The notes under the pieces: generated by a model
Seen by the model: only the letters and a program-made list of their open reading frames with translations
The model's database searches: none
What the model was told of the DNA's origin: nothing
Made by a program: the position numbers and the translations under genes
IMG/VR virus record: IMGVR_UViG_3300007735_000799
Location: 1-64,000 of that record
DNA: 64,000 nucleotides
Reading direction: 5' to 3' (one strand)
Source: a virus
Part shown: piece by piece, positions 47,890 to 55,481 of the stretch
Layout of the letters: each line of letters begins with the position of its first letter
Position numbering within the stretch: the stretch's first letter is position 1

Positions 47890-48054
47890 TTAGATTTGCT
47901 TTTCCCGCTTAATCCAAAGCGGAAGAATGCCACGATCTTCTAGTTTACGAAGAGTTTCCTTCTTCGCATTCAGCAGAAGTTCCTGACGACGAATCCTACG
48001 AGATTCATAACGACGCTTACGGCGTCTGCGAAGTTCTCTCATCTTGTCTATCAT
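47890..48054 (-). CDS. Small Arg-rich basic protein (54 aa), not in the ORF track
   Basis: Manual translation MIDKMRELRRRRKRRYESRRIRRQELLLNAKKETLRKLEDRGILPLWIKREKQI. Confidence 0.55.
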   Translation of the reverse strand: MIDKMRELRRRRKRRYESRRIRRQELLLNAKKETLRKLEDRGILPLWIKREKQI

Positions 48055-48652
48055 TGTTTAAACCTTTCTTCTTCATAAGATGCTTCACCCAAATTTCAGT
48101 CACAGTCATTGGATGATGAAATTCCTCAAACTTGAAACCGCTAATTGGTTCCTTGTTCTTGGTCTTGAGTGCAGTATAGATGCCGTTCAATCGGTTAGGC
48201 TTGAATTCACCAACAGGTTCTTCCTTGCCGAGACCAGGCCATGCTTCTGCTTTGGTTCCAATTACTAAACCTTGTGGTGATGCGGGCGACTTGAAGAATA
48301 TGGCATCCTGCTCATACTTCGCACCCATCTTCTTGGCAAAGCCCTTGATGGCTCCGCTCTTTGTAGCACTATCATCATCACCTATAATCATAAACGACTC
48401 TTCGGTAACACGACGCTTCTTGCCGTCACCAAGATCTTCTTCGTAAGTGCCAATCACTTTCTCAAAACCAAAACCTGCCGCACGAATATCGTTTTCCAAC
48501 TTCTTGTTGAGTCCACGATTCACCGACAGCGAATTGCTACCACGGAATGCGGTAAGCAAAGCAAACGGTCGCTTCTCAACATGTGAGAACACGCGAGACA
48601 GCGAGATTTCTGTAATCAATTCTTTGCGATAGGTTTCAATTTCTTCAGACAT
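48017..48652 (-). CDS. Conserved phage hypothetical protein
   Basis: ISLSRV...LLTAFRG...G.Y.E...EESF...KY.QDAI motif. Confidence 0.65.
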   Translation of the reverse strand: MSEEIETYRKELITEISLSRVFSHVEKRPFALLTAFRGSNSLSVNRGLNKKLENDIRAAGFGFEKVIGTYEEDLGDGKKRRVTEESFMIIGDDDSATKSGAIKGFAKKMGAKYEQDAIFFKSPASPQGLVIGTKAEAWPGLGKEEPVGEFKPNRLNGIYTALKTKNKEPISGFKFEEFHHPMTVTEIWVKHLMKKKGLNNDRQDERTSQTP

Positions 48653-48959
48653 TTGTGGCTCCCCTGATTTCTTCTGTGGACTGCTTTAACTCCAAGTAAA
48701 CTTTTCGTATCTCTTCAAACGCTTGCCCTGCCGTAAACTTTCCGTTCAGTTCCCATTCAACAATACGAGCAGCGCGTCTAGCAAATTCTCCAATGTTCGC
48801 ATGTGCTGCGAAGTCTTCAATATCCATCATCTTTCTCCGAATGCGACCCGTCAAACAACACGACGGCTCTGGTAAGTAAGGTATAGTGTTTAGTATACCG
48901 TCACTTTCCCTTCGGTGCAATTTTTTTATTTGCTTTCTTCTTTTTCTTAAAAATTGCAT
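48645..48959 (-). CDS. Hypothetical protein
   Basis: 104-aa ORF; true start may be at MMDIED. Confidence 0.4.
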   Translation of the reverse strand: MQFLRKRRKQIKKLHRRESDGILNTIPYLPEPSCCLTGRIRRKMMDIEDFAAHANIGEFARRAARIVEWELNGKFTAGQAFEEIRKVYLELKQSTEEIRGATNV

Positions 48960-49031
48960 CCCAATTCTTTGACCATAGATCGTAATCTACCTTACGGTAT
49001 CTATCTCCCTTACCTGCTGCGTGCTTGCCGC

Positions 49032-50033
49032 TCATAACGCCTCCTGGTGGGCTGAGAAGGTTATGCTGTGGATGTTTGACCCATCATCTTGGGCTTCTCC
49101 CATAGCATCAATTATAAAAACCTTCATCTCTCCCAAATCTTTAAAATTGTGTAGAGTTCCCTTGTGATAAACTTTAAAAAATCCCACCTTTTCCAAAACA
49201 TCGCACTTGTTGATAATAAGTTCTGTGCAACCAGACAGAGTTATAGATTGAATCAGTTTATCAAGATTCAACCAATTTACCAAACGCTTTCTGCCGGTTG
49301 TGGTTCCGAACTCACCGCCTGCTTGCAGTACAGCATCAAGTTCCTTGTCATCCCACAGCGATGATGGAAACAGGGGATCGGTTCCACTCTTGGTATCGTA
49401 AATCTTAGCCACACCAATCAGTCTACTAATCTTATGTGGTGAGAAGCCAAGAGAACAAGCACCGTAAGGCATGGTTGTGCTGCTTGTGACATACGGATAA
49501 TCTCCGTGGTCAATATCTAACCAAACGCTCTGTGCTCCTTCGCACAAAATCTTTCCGCGCAACTCATCCTTCAGCAACCATTGCGAATCAAAAACATCCT
49601 TGGCTTGTTTGCCACGACGCAACATCTTGTCGGAATAGCATGGAGCAATGCCTTGCTTGGTTGTGCCAAGATAACCAAGATGCTTGGTATCGTATTCAAT
49701 ATGCTCAGGTGTAATAATATGAGCGTTCGGATGAATCTTAATGAGCGAAGTGTTAAAGCCTTCGCTGCGAAGATACCGAATCTCTTCAAAGAACTTATCA
49801 GGATTGATTACACAACCTGGCCCAATCACACATTGCTTGTCAGCAAAGATGCCAGACGGAACAAGATGAGTCTTGTATCGCTTGCCGTTTCGGTAAACAG
49901 TATGCCCCGCGTTTGGGCCACCGTTCCAACGACACACGCAATCATACTTTTCGGCAAGAGCATTGGCAATCTTGCCTTTGCCTTCGTCGCCCCAAGCAAG
50001 ACCGTAAATCACATCCGCATAATCAATCATCAT
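49032..50033 (-). CDS. purA: Adenylosuccinate synthetase (short form)
   Basis: WGDEGKG, GGPNAGHT, GTTKQGI, EGAQ, DHGDYPYVTSS, EFGTTTGRKR, NKCD; track start 50171 runs through tRNAs. Confidence 0.93.
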   Translation of the reverse strand: MMIDYADVIYGLAWGDEGKGKIANALAEKYDCVCRWNGGPNAGHTVYRNGKRYKTHLVPSGIFADKQCVIGPGCVINPDKFFEEIRYLRSEGFNTSLIKIHPNAHIITPEHIEYDTKHLGYLGTTKQGIAPCYSDKMLRRGKQAKDVFDSQWLLKDELRGKILCEGAQSVWLDIDHGDYPYVTSSTTMPYGACSLGFSPHKISRLIGVAKIYDTKSGTDPLFPSSLWDDKELDAVLQAGGEFGTTTGRKRLVNWLNLDKLIQSITLSGCTELIINKCDVLEKVGFFKVYHKGTLHNFKDLGEMKVFIIDAMGEAQDDGSNIHSITFSAHQEAL

Positions 50034-50043
50034 AAATCTCCAG

Positions 50044-50117
50044 TCGGAGAAACAGGATTTGAACCTGCAACCTCTTGCACCCAAAGCAAGCGCACTACCA
50101 AGTTGTGCTACTCTCCG
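50044..50117 (-). tRNA. tRNA-Pro(UGG)
   Basis: CTTGC-TTTGGGT-GCAAG. Confidence 0.92.
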
Positions 50118-50121
50118 AGAA

Positions 50122-50193
50122 AGCGGGTAGAGGGATTCGAACCCTCGGCAATTGGTTTGGAAAACCAACACTCTACCACTGAGTTATACCCGC
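50122..50193 (-). tRNA. tRNA-Gly(UCC)
   Basis: TTGGT-TTTCCAA-ACCAA; U73. Confidence 0.92.
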
Positions 50194-50214
50194 GAAAAGT
50201 CCGAGCCATTATAG

Positions 50215-51273
50215 TTAGGTGAAAATATTATTGAGTTGACGGTTAACTCGGACAAATGTTGTACATTTTGGCAAGTCCTTCAGACGAGCAGCACCAACAT
50301 AAGTGCAAGCCGAACGAACTCCACCAAGAATCTGTTGAATCACTCCTGAAACAGGCCCAACAGGCTTGACAAGTACTCGCTTGCCTTCTGCTGCACGATA
50401 GGTTGCCACGCCGCCTGAATGCTTTTCCATTGCTGTAGCGGAACTCATGCCGTAGAACTCCTTGCCGTCCTCGGTTTCTTCGCCTGCGGCTTCATCGGTT
50501 CCTGCAAACATACCACCAATCATTACAAAGTCTGCGCCCGCGCCGAACGCCTTGGCTACATCACCGGGGCAGGTGCATCCGCCGTCAGACAGCACATAGC
50601 CGCCTAGCCCGTGTGCAGCATCAGCACACTCCATGATGCATGACAACTGCGGGTAGCCCACACCAGCAACCTTGCGTGTCGTGCAGACTGATCCTGGCCC
50701 AATTCCAATCTTGACAATGTTTGCACCTGCAATAATCAGGGCTTCAGTCATTTCTCGCGTCACCACATTGCCTGCAATTAGAATGTGATCGGGAAACAAC
50801 CCACGAATGGTACGAACATAATTCACAAACTTTTCCGTGTACCCGTTAGCCACATCAATACAGATAAACTTGATGGACTTGTGGCGGTTGAGAATTCGTT
50901 CAGCCTTTTGAATCTCTTGCATACTAGAATTAGCATCGCCCATGCCCAAGGTGTACACCACATTAGGCGACCAATTAACATGAGAGGTTAACCAGTCGGT
51001 CATAAAGGTATCCCATTCGGCTTCGGTGTAATACTTATGAACACCGCATAGAGCATTGAATTCTGCTAGACTCTTAGCCATCTCAAATGTGCCAACTGTA
51101 TCCATGTTGGCAGCAACAACAGGAACGCCTGTCCACTCTTGTTCCATGTTGTCTGGAAGTTTAAATTTAAATGTTCGTTCAACATCAACCTTGCTACGAC
51201 TATCCAAATTGCTTCGCTTTGGACGAATAAGAACATCTGCAAAATCAAGTTTCACATCATCTTCAATTTTCAT
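50215..51273 (-). CDS. guaC: GMP reductase
   Basis: [54 protein letters not shown]. Confidence 0.95.
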   Translation of the reverse strand: MKIEDDVKLDFADVLIRPKRSNLDSRSKVDVERTFKFKLPDNMEQEWTGVPVVAANMDTVGTFEMAKSLAEFNALCGVHKYYTEAEWDTFMTDWLTSHVNWSPNVVYTLGMGDANSSMQEIQKAERILNRHKSIKFICIDVANGYTEKFVNYVRTIRGLFPDHILIAGNVVTREMTEALIIAGANIVKIGIGPGSVCTTRKVAGVGYPQLSCIMECADAAHGLGGYVLSDGGCTCPGDVAKAFGAGADFVMIGGMFAGTDEAAGEETEDGKEFYGMSSATAMEKHSGGVATYRAAEGKRVLVKPVGPVSGVIQQILGGVRSACTYVGAARLKDLPKCTTFVRVNRQLNNIFT

Positions 51274-51279
51274 GGGTTT

Positions 51280-52269
51280 TCACTTTATGAAAGGTGCGTA
51301 ATCCGAATCAAACATCATGCGAGCAAGAGTAGGCATATCACACTTTGGTTCCCAACTCAATACTCGCTTTGCTTTGGCGGGATTGCCCAACAGATACGGA
51401 ACTTCGTTTGGTCGGAACAGTCTTGGATCAATCTCCACATACTTATTGTAGTCTCCAAGTCCTGCGTAGTCAAATACAACTTCCAAGAATTCACGAACAG
51501 TATGAGTTCGGTTGGTGGCAATCACATAATCATCAGGGATGCTTTGCTGAAGCATCAACCACATGGCTTCCACATAATCTCCAGCAAATCCCCAGTCTCG
51601 CTTAGAGTCAAGATTTCCAAGGAACAGTTTGTTTTGCAAACCTGCCTTGATCTTGGCTGCTGCCATAGTGATCTTTCTAGTCACAAAAGTTTCTCCACGA
51701 CGAGGACTTTCGTGATTGAACAGAATACCTGATGAAGCGTGAAGTTCGTATGCGTTACGATACACTCGGGTCATGTGATGAGCGTGAAGTTTAGCAACAG
51801 CATACGGAGATACCGGCATCATTCGGCTAGTTTCAGTATAACCATGCTTATCGTAATCATCACTATCACCGTACATCTCGGACGAAGACGCCTGATAGTA
51901 ACGAGTAGCAGGACTCACAGTTCGTATCGCTTCAAGAATCTTAAGACTGCCTTGAGCAATACCATCTGAAGTATACTCAGGCACATCAAACGAAACTGCA
52001 ACATGTGACTGAGCAGCGATATTGTAAAACTCGTTCGGCTGATACTTGTCCAACAGATGCACAATCGCCGCTCCGTCTGAGAGGTCATAGTAGTGCATCT
52101 TGAATTGTGAGTTTGAGATTGGATTGTCGTAGATGTGATCTACTCGTCCAGTATTGATAGACGAAGTTCTACGCTTCAAGCCTACCACATAGTAACCTTT
52201 GGAAATTAAAAGGTCAGCAAGGTAAGAACCGTCCTGACCGTTAACACCAGTTATCATCGCTGTCTTCAT
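51280..52269 (-). CDS. gmd: GDP-mannose 4,6-dehydratase
   Basis: ITGVNGQDGSYL, AAQSHV..SF, YQASSSE, SPYAVAK, NHESPRRGETFVTRK, RDWG. Confidence 0.97.
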   Translation of the reverse strand: MKTAMITGVNGQDGSYLADLLISKGYYVVGLKRRTSSINTGRVDHIYDNPISNSQFKMHYYDLSDGAAIVHLLDKYQPNEFYNIAAQSHVAVSFDVPEYTSDGIAQGSLKILEAIRTVSPATRYYQASSSEMYGDSDDYDKHGYTETSRMMPVSPYAVAKLHAHHMTRVYRNAYELHASSGILFNHESPRRGETFVTRKITMAAAKIKAGLQNKLFLGNLDSKRDWGFAGDYVEAMWLMLQQSIPDDYVIATNRTHTVREFLEVVFDYAGLGDYNKYVEIDPRLFRPNEVPYLLGNPAKAKRVLSWEPKCDMPTLARMMFDSDYAPFIK

Positions 52270-52314
52270 AGTTTCCTCATGGTTAAAAGATCATTTAGTG
52301 ACGAGTTTATTTAG

Positions 52315-52418
52315 ACGGGGATGCGGGAATCGAACCCGCCGCTAGTGAATTATCTATAATCATTTCATCAGCGATTCTACCGATGGCTGTTACTCCTTCA
52401 ACCAAAGAACTCTCCCCG
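52315..52418 (-). ncRNA. Enlarged tRNA-like RNA without a canonical anticodon arm
   Basis: Acceptor-like CGGGGA/TCCCCG; perfect T-arm GCGGG-TTCGATT-CCCGC; about 30 extra nt. Confidence 0.55.
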
Positions 52419-52554
52419 TAAAGAAAGGCGGTAGACCTGTGGCTTTGCTAGTCGCGCCTAACAAAGCCTGTAACTACGCCTCCAGACTGAACCACATATG
52501 TGCGGGCAGTTCGTGGTTTTTGGTGAGATTAACGGTCGCCACCAAGGTTTTAAG

Positions 52555-52626
52555 TGACCCCAACGGGACTCGAACCCGTGTCAGAAGAGTGAAAGTCTTC
52601 GATCCTTGCCGCTAGACGATGGGGCC
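52555..52626 (-). tRNA. tRNA-Glu(UUC)
   Basis: GAAGA-CTTTCAC-TCTTC. Confidence 0.92.
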
Positions 52627-52645
52627 AAGTAACTTCAACTAGAGT

Positions 52646-52673
52646 ATTATATCGTGCAAACCATCCCTGTCAA
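52646..52673 (-). promoter_or_regulatory. Sigma70 consensus promoter for tRNA-Glu and the downstream RNAs
   Basis: TTGACA-N16-TATAAT. Confidence 0.75.
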
Positions 52674-52677
52674 GGGA

Positions 52678-53040
52678 TTAAGACAAACGAAGCAGATATT
52701 TTGTCTGATTCAGAGCAGCAAGCATCTCGTCACGAATATTCAAAAGATCGGTGTCAGCCGTCTGATCCAACTTTGTTGGTAGTTCGTGAGTCAAGTAGTA
52801 GATGGCAGCGTTAATCACACCCAAGGAGTTTGAATCCTTGTAGTTGTTAACATTGAAACTAAAACTTGGGTTGCCTAAAGTGTTGCCGTATTTGCCTGTG
52901 TGAACTTCCACAAACTGGTCAACCAATCCATCAAGATCTTCATAAGCCTTTCCTAAAGCCTTATGCTCGGCATAAGACCTGGTTTGCCAGTGAAGAACTC
53001 GTAATTGAGATTGAAGTTGTAGAAAGAATGTTACGCACAT
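52678..53040 (-). CDS. Ferritin/Dps-like four-helix protein (DUF5856-like)
   Basis: LHWQT.SYAEHKAL...YE.L..LVD.FVE; NIRDEM. Confidence 0.7.
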   Translation of the reverse strand: MCVTFFLQLQSQLRVLHWQTRSYAEHKALGKAYEDLDGLVDQFVEVHTGKYGNTLGNPSFSFNVNNYKDSNSLGVINAAIYYLTHELPTKLDQTADTDLLNIRDEMLAALNQTKYLLRLS

Positions 53041-53064
53041 GGTCTAGTATATAGCATTCCGAAG

Positions 53065-53149
53065 CGGGCAGAGAAGGATTCGAACCCTCGGAGGCATTCA
53101 CCTCGGCGGTTTAGTAAACCGCTGCATTAGACCACTCTGCCATCTGCCC
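53065..53149 (-). tRNA. tRNA-Ser(ACU)
   Basis: GCGGT-TTACTAA-ACCGC; long variable arm and G73 (Ser body). Confidence 0.85.
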
Positions 53150-53154
53150 AAAAG

Positions 53155-53227
53155 TGACGAAGATTGGAATTGAACCAATGACTTATTCCGTATGAAAGAA
53201 TTGTTCTACCATCTGAACTACTTCGTC
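53155..53227 (-). tRNA. tRNA-CAU (elongator Met or Ile2)
   Basis: ATTCT-TTCATAC-GGAAT; G1-C72 paired, so not an initiator. Confidence 0.85.
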
Positions 53228-53256
53228 AAAGCGTAGTGTGGGAATTACCCAAAAAG

Positions 53257-53337
53257 TGCGTCGTGTAGGACTCGAACCTACGAAGTCAAAGACAACAGAT
53301 TTACAGTCTGTCCCAGTTGCCGCTTTGGTAACGACGC
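53257..53337 (-). tRNA. tRNA-Tyr(GUA)
   Basis: ACAGA-CTGTAAA-TCTGT; extended variable arm. Confidence 0.92.
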
Positions 53338-53341
53338 TTAA

Positions 53342-53429
53342 CGGGCAGGGAGGGATTCGAACCCCCGGTAGGCTATTCACCTACTGATGCTTTCAAGGCA
53401 ACCGCGATAGACCACTCTGCCACCTGCCC
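53342..53429 (-). tRNA. tRNA-Ser(UGA)
   Basis: GTTGC-CTTGAAA-GCATC; long variable arm; G73. Confidence 0.9.
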
Positions 53430-53440
53430 AAATTTTAAAA

Positions 53441-53656
53441 TTACTTAGTGTCTTCCGTCAAAAAAATCTTGCTTTCATTCATGCCTTGTGCAGCATTGAA
53501 AACAATCTTCTTTTCTGCTTCTGCATATCCTTGACGATACTCTGACCAATACGGTTGAGATTGGGCTTGAGTTACAGATTTGTCTGCTCGCCCTGCCATA
53601 CGATCCGAGTATCCGTCTTTGAATCCTTGTCCAGGAATATAATTGATTGTATTCAT
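53441..53656 (-). CDS. Hypothetical protein
   Basis: MNTINYIPGQGFKDGY..; the track start overlaps tRNA-Ala. Confidence 0.55.
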   Translation of the reverse strand: MNTINYIPGQGFKDGYSDRMAGRADKSVTQAQSQPYWSEYRQGYAEAEKKIVFNAAQGMNESKIFLTEDTK

Positions 53657-53672
53657 TGTGATCTCCGTAAAA

Positions 53673-53745
53673 TGGATCGAAGAGGACTCGAACCTCCAAC
53701 CCATGCCTTGCAAAGGCATTGTTCTCCCAATTGAACTATCGACCC
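53673..53745 (-). tRNA. tRNA-Ala(UGC)
   Basis: ATGCC-TTTGCAA-GGCAT; G3:U70. Confidence 0.93.
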
Positions 53746-53945
53746 GTAAAATCTATCCCGTCAATCTTTGTGAAAGAGGCTGCGTAATCATTGGCTCGCT
53801 TCCAAAGATCGCCGTCAATCTCTTTCACATACTCAGCAAACTTCAATCCAAACAACATGATAGCCTGATGATATCGCTTAACCGTTTCAGGATCACGAAT
53901 CTCATTGCCGTCATCGTCTGTAGGATAGAAGTTGTACTTTTCCAT
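53736..53945 (-). CDS. Hypothetical protein
   Basis: MEKYNFYPTDD.. with GGAG RBS. Confidence 0.55.
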   Translation of the reverse strand: MEKYNFYPTDDDGNEIRDPETVKRYHQAIMLFGLKFAEYVKEIDGDLWKRANDYAASFTKIDGIDFTGR

Positions 53946-53959
53946 ATTTGTCTCCAAAA

Positions 53960-54030
53960 TTGCCCGACCTAGATTCGAACTAGGACAAAGAGAACCAAAG
54001 TCTCTCGTGCTACCGTTACACTATCGGGCA
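53960..54030 (-). tRNA. tRNA-Gln(UUG)
   Basis: AGAGA-CTTTGGT-TCTCT; U1-A72. Confidence 0.92.
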
Positions 54031-54058
54031 GGTGCATTCCTGCACTAGACGCTCGCTA

Positions 54059-54271
54059 TTAGCAAGCGGCGTTGTTACCGCCGAACAGTCCCATCACCAC
54101 ATTGGCGACAACGACCACGGCATTCTTCAGCCATACTGCACCGTTCCAAGCGAACGGAAGCAGAGCGAGGGTAATCAACATGCTACGATTGATGTAAACC
54201 TTTGAGAGAAGGCAAGACAACTTATCACAGCCACCAGTAACAGGGCATGAGCCCGATTCAAACTTAGCCAT
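54059..54271 (-). CDS. Small membrane protein
   Basis: 70 aa with two hydrophobic segments; AGGAGA RBS. Confidence 0.55.
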   Translation of the reverse strand: MAKFESGSCPVTGGCDKLSCLLSKVYINRSMLITLALLPFAWNGAVWLKNAVVVVANVVMGLFGGNNAAC

Positions 54272-54319
54272 TTTTTTCTCCTTATGTAAAAGTTAATTGG
54301 GGATGGCGATCCCCTGCAA

Positions 54320-54694
54320 TCAGTTACGCTTCTTGCTCTTACGAGAAACCTTGGTCTTACCCTTGGTTCCTGTGTAATTCTCAAGATCGTAATCCTGACT
54401 TTCATAGACCTTATCAGTAAGGTCTTCAATCATGGTTGAAAGCATGTCAATGTTATCGTTGAATTCTCTTCGCACATCGTTAATCTGCGAATGCATTTCA
54501 AAACGAAGACTGGAAATTTCCGAATCAATCTTTTTGTTCATCTCTTCGTAAACACCACTAATGGTCTTCTGATTCTCATCGTCACGCTTCTTGGAAGAAG
54601 TAACAAGACTTCCAATGAAACTAAATGCGTTAGCGGCGAGAGAAACACCAAGCAATCCATAAAGGTAAGTATCCATACTGTATTCTCCTTTCAA
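54320..54694 (-). CDS. Membrane-anchored coiled-coil protein
   Basis: N-terminal TM segment followed by a heptad-rich region. Confidence 0.55.
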   Translation of the reverse strand: MKGEYSMDTYLYGLLGVSLAANAFSFIGSLVTSSKKRDDENQKTISGVYEEMNKKIDSEISSLRFEMHSQINDVRREFNDNIDMLSTMIEDLTDKVYESQDYDLENYTGTKGKTKVSRKSKKRN

Positions 54695-54726
54695 GAGAAG
54701 GTGAGTTTATTTAGACCCGCTATCCA

Positions 54727-55086
54727 TTATAGCAGACCAAAACTTTTAATCAAGTCTGTATTTGAGTGTTCTATTTGATGACAGTTAGCACACAACAATT
54801 CGCATTTTGAAAGTTCGTTATATCTTTCTTTTGTCAACAAACCGTTTCCATTTAATTCGTGGGATTTTTGTGATGGGTCTTTGTGATGAAAATGAAATAC
54901 ACCCGGATGACCTTTAAACCCACATCTTTGACATTTACCACCCAACAATTCAACAAACTCAATTTTTGTCTTCCATCTTCTTTTAGAAACTGCACAAGAA
55001 CCACATATAGTTCTTCTGCTTTTTTTCTTTGATTGTTTAGATGGATGAGATTTAAATTCCTTGTTACAGTGTTTGCATTTGTTCAT
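54727..55086 (-). CDS. Free-standing HNH endonuclease
   Basis: CKHC...CGSC zinc ribbon; GGKCQRCG, FHFHHKDP...K, KCELLCANCHQIEH; GAGGAG RBS. Confidence 0.85.
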   Translation of the reverse strand: MNKCKHCNKEFKSHPSKQSKKKSRRTICGSCAVSKRRWKTKIEFVELLGGKCQRCGFKGHPGVFHFHHKDPSQKSHELNGNGLLTKERYNELSKCELLCANCHQIEHSNTDLIKSFGLL

Positions 55087-55125
55087 AGATTAGCACACTC
55101 CTCTAATCTATTTAGTATCCTAAAG

Positions 55126-55383
55126 TGCTCCGGGTGGGACTCGAACCCACAACCTACCGATTAACTTACCACTTCGGCTTACGCCGCCCTTGCGGTTTGT
55201 GGTCTGGACTTTGCCTTCATCCGTTCTGGATGCCCGCCGTCAAGTCTCTACACCTTCCCTTTCGGGCTTGGCTCGGCGTTGGGTCTTTCAACCGTCCACC
55301 GAATTTGACGAGTTTCATGTTTTGTATTCCTACAAAACTGCTCCTATTGAAGTCGGCTACTCTACCAATTGAGTTACCAGAGC
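55126..55383 (-). tRNA. tRNA-Lys(UUU) interrupted by a group I intron (exons 55350-55383 and 55126-55164)
   Basis: Joined exons give a 73-nt cloverleaf with GCCGA-CTT|TTAA-TCGGT and acceptor GCTCTGG/CCGGAGC. Confidence 0.92.
55165..55349 (-). ncRNA. Group I intron, IC3-like, 185 nt, no ORF
   Basis: P1 CUUC-AAUA-GGAG with U.G at the splice site; P AAATTCGGTGG, Q AACGCCGAGCCAAG, R GTGTAGAGACTTGACGG, S AAAGTCCA; terminal G. Confidence 0.92.
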
Positions 55384-55398
55384 ATATTAACTTGTAAG

Positions 55399-55473
55399 CG
55401 TTCCTGATAGGATTTGAACCTATGACCTGATGCTTAGAAGGCATCTGCACTATCCGGGCTGTGCTACAGGAAC
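55399..55473 (-). tRNA. tRNA-Arg(UCU)
   Basis: GATGC-CTTCTAA-GCATC. Confidence 0.92.
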
Positions 55474-55481
55474 TTAGTTTT

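Noticed and set aside
49032-50033. PurZ / 2-aminoadenine (Z) genome
   Set aside because: The motif is GDEGKG with the canonical PurA Asp, whereas PurZ has Ser (GSxGKG); no DatZ/MazZ was recognised nearby
49581-51732. Long plus-strand ORFs (213 and 197 aa) antisense to purA, guaC and gmd
   Set aside because: Fully overlap well-supported genes and tRNAs; no motifs or RBS
52315-52418. tmRNA or tRNA-Sec
   Set aside because: No G3:U70 pair, far too short, and no tag ORF for tmRNA; no UCA anticodon loop for Sec
53065-53149. Amber suppressor (CUA) reading of the Ser anticodon loop
   Set aside because: The 5-bp stem fixes a 7-nt loop whose centre is ACT; core genes translate intact with the standard code, so there is no sign of stop recoding
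55125-55450. ORFs across the intron and tRNAs (possible intron-encoded protein)
   Set aside because: They run through tRNA exons and ribozyme core; no nuclease motif; the same applies to the track ORFs at 45672-45866 and 53183-53380
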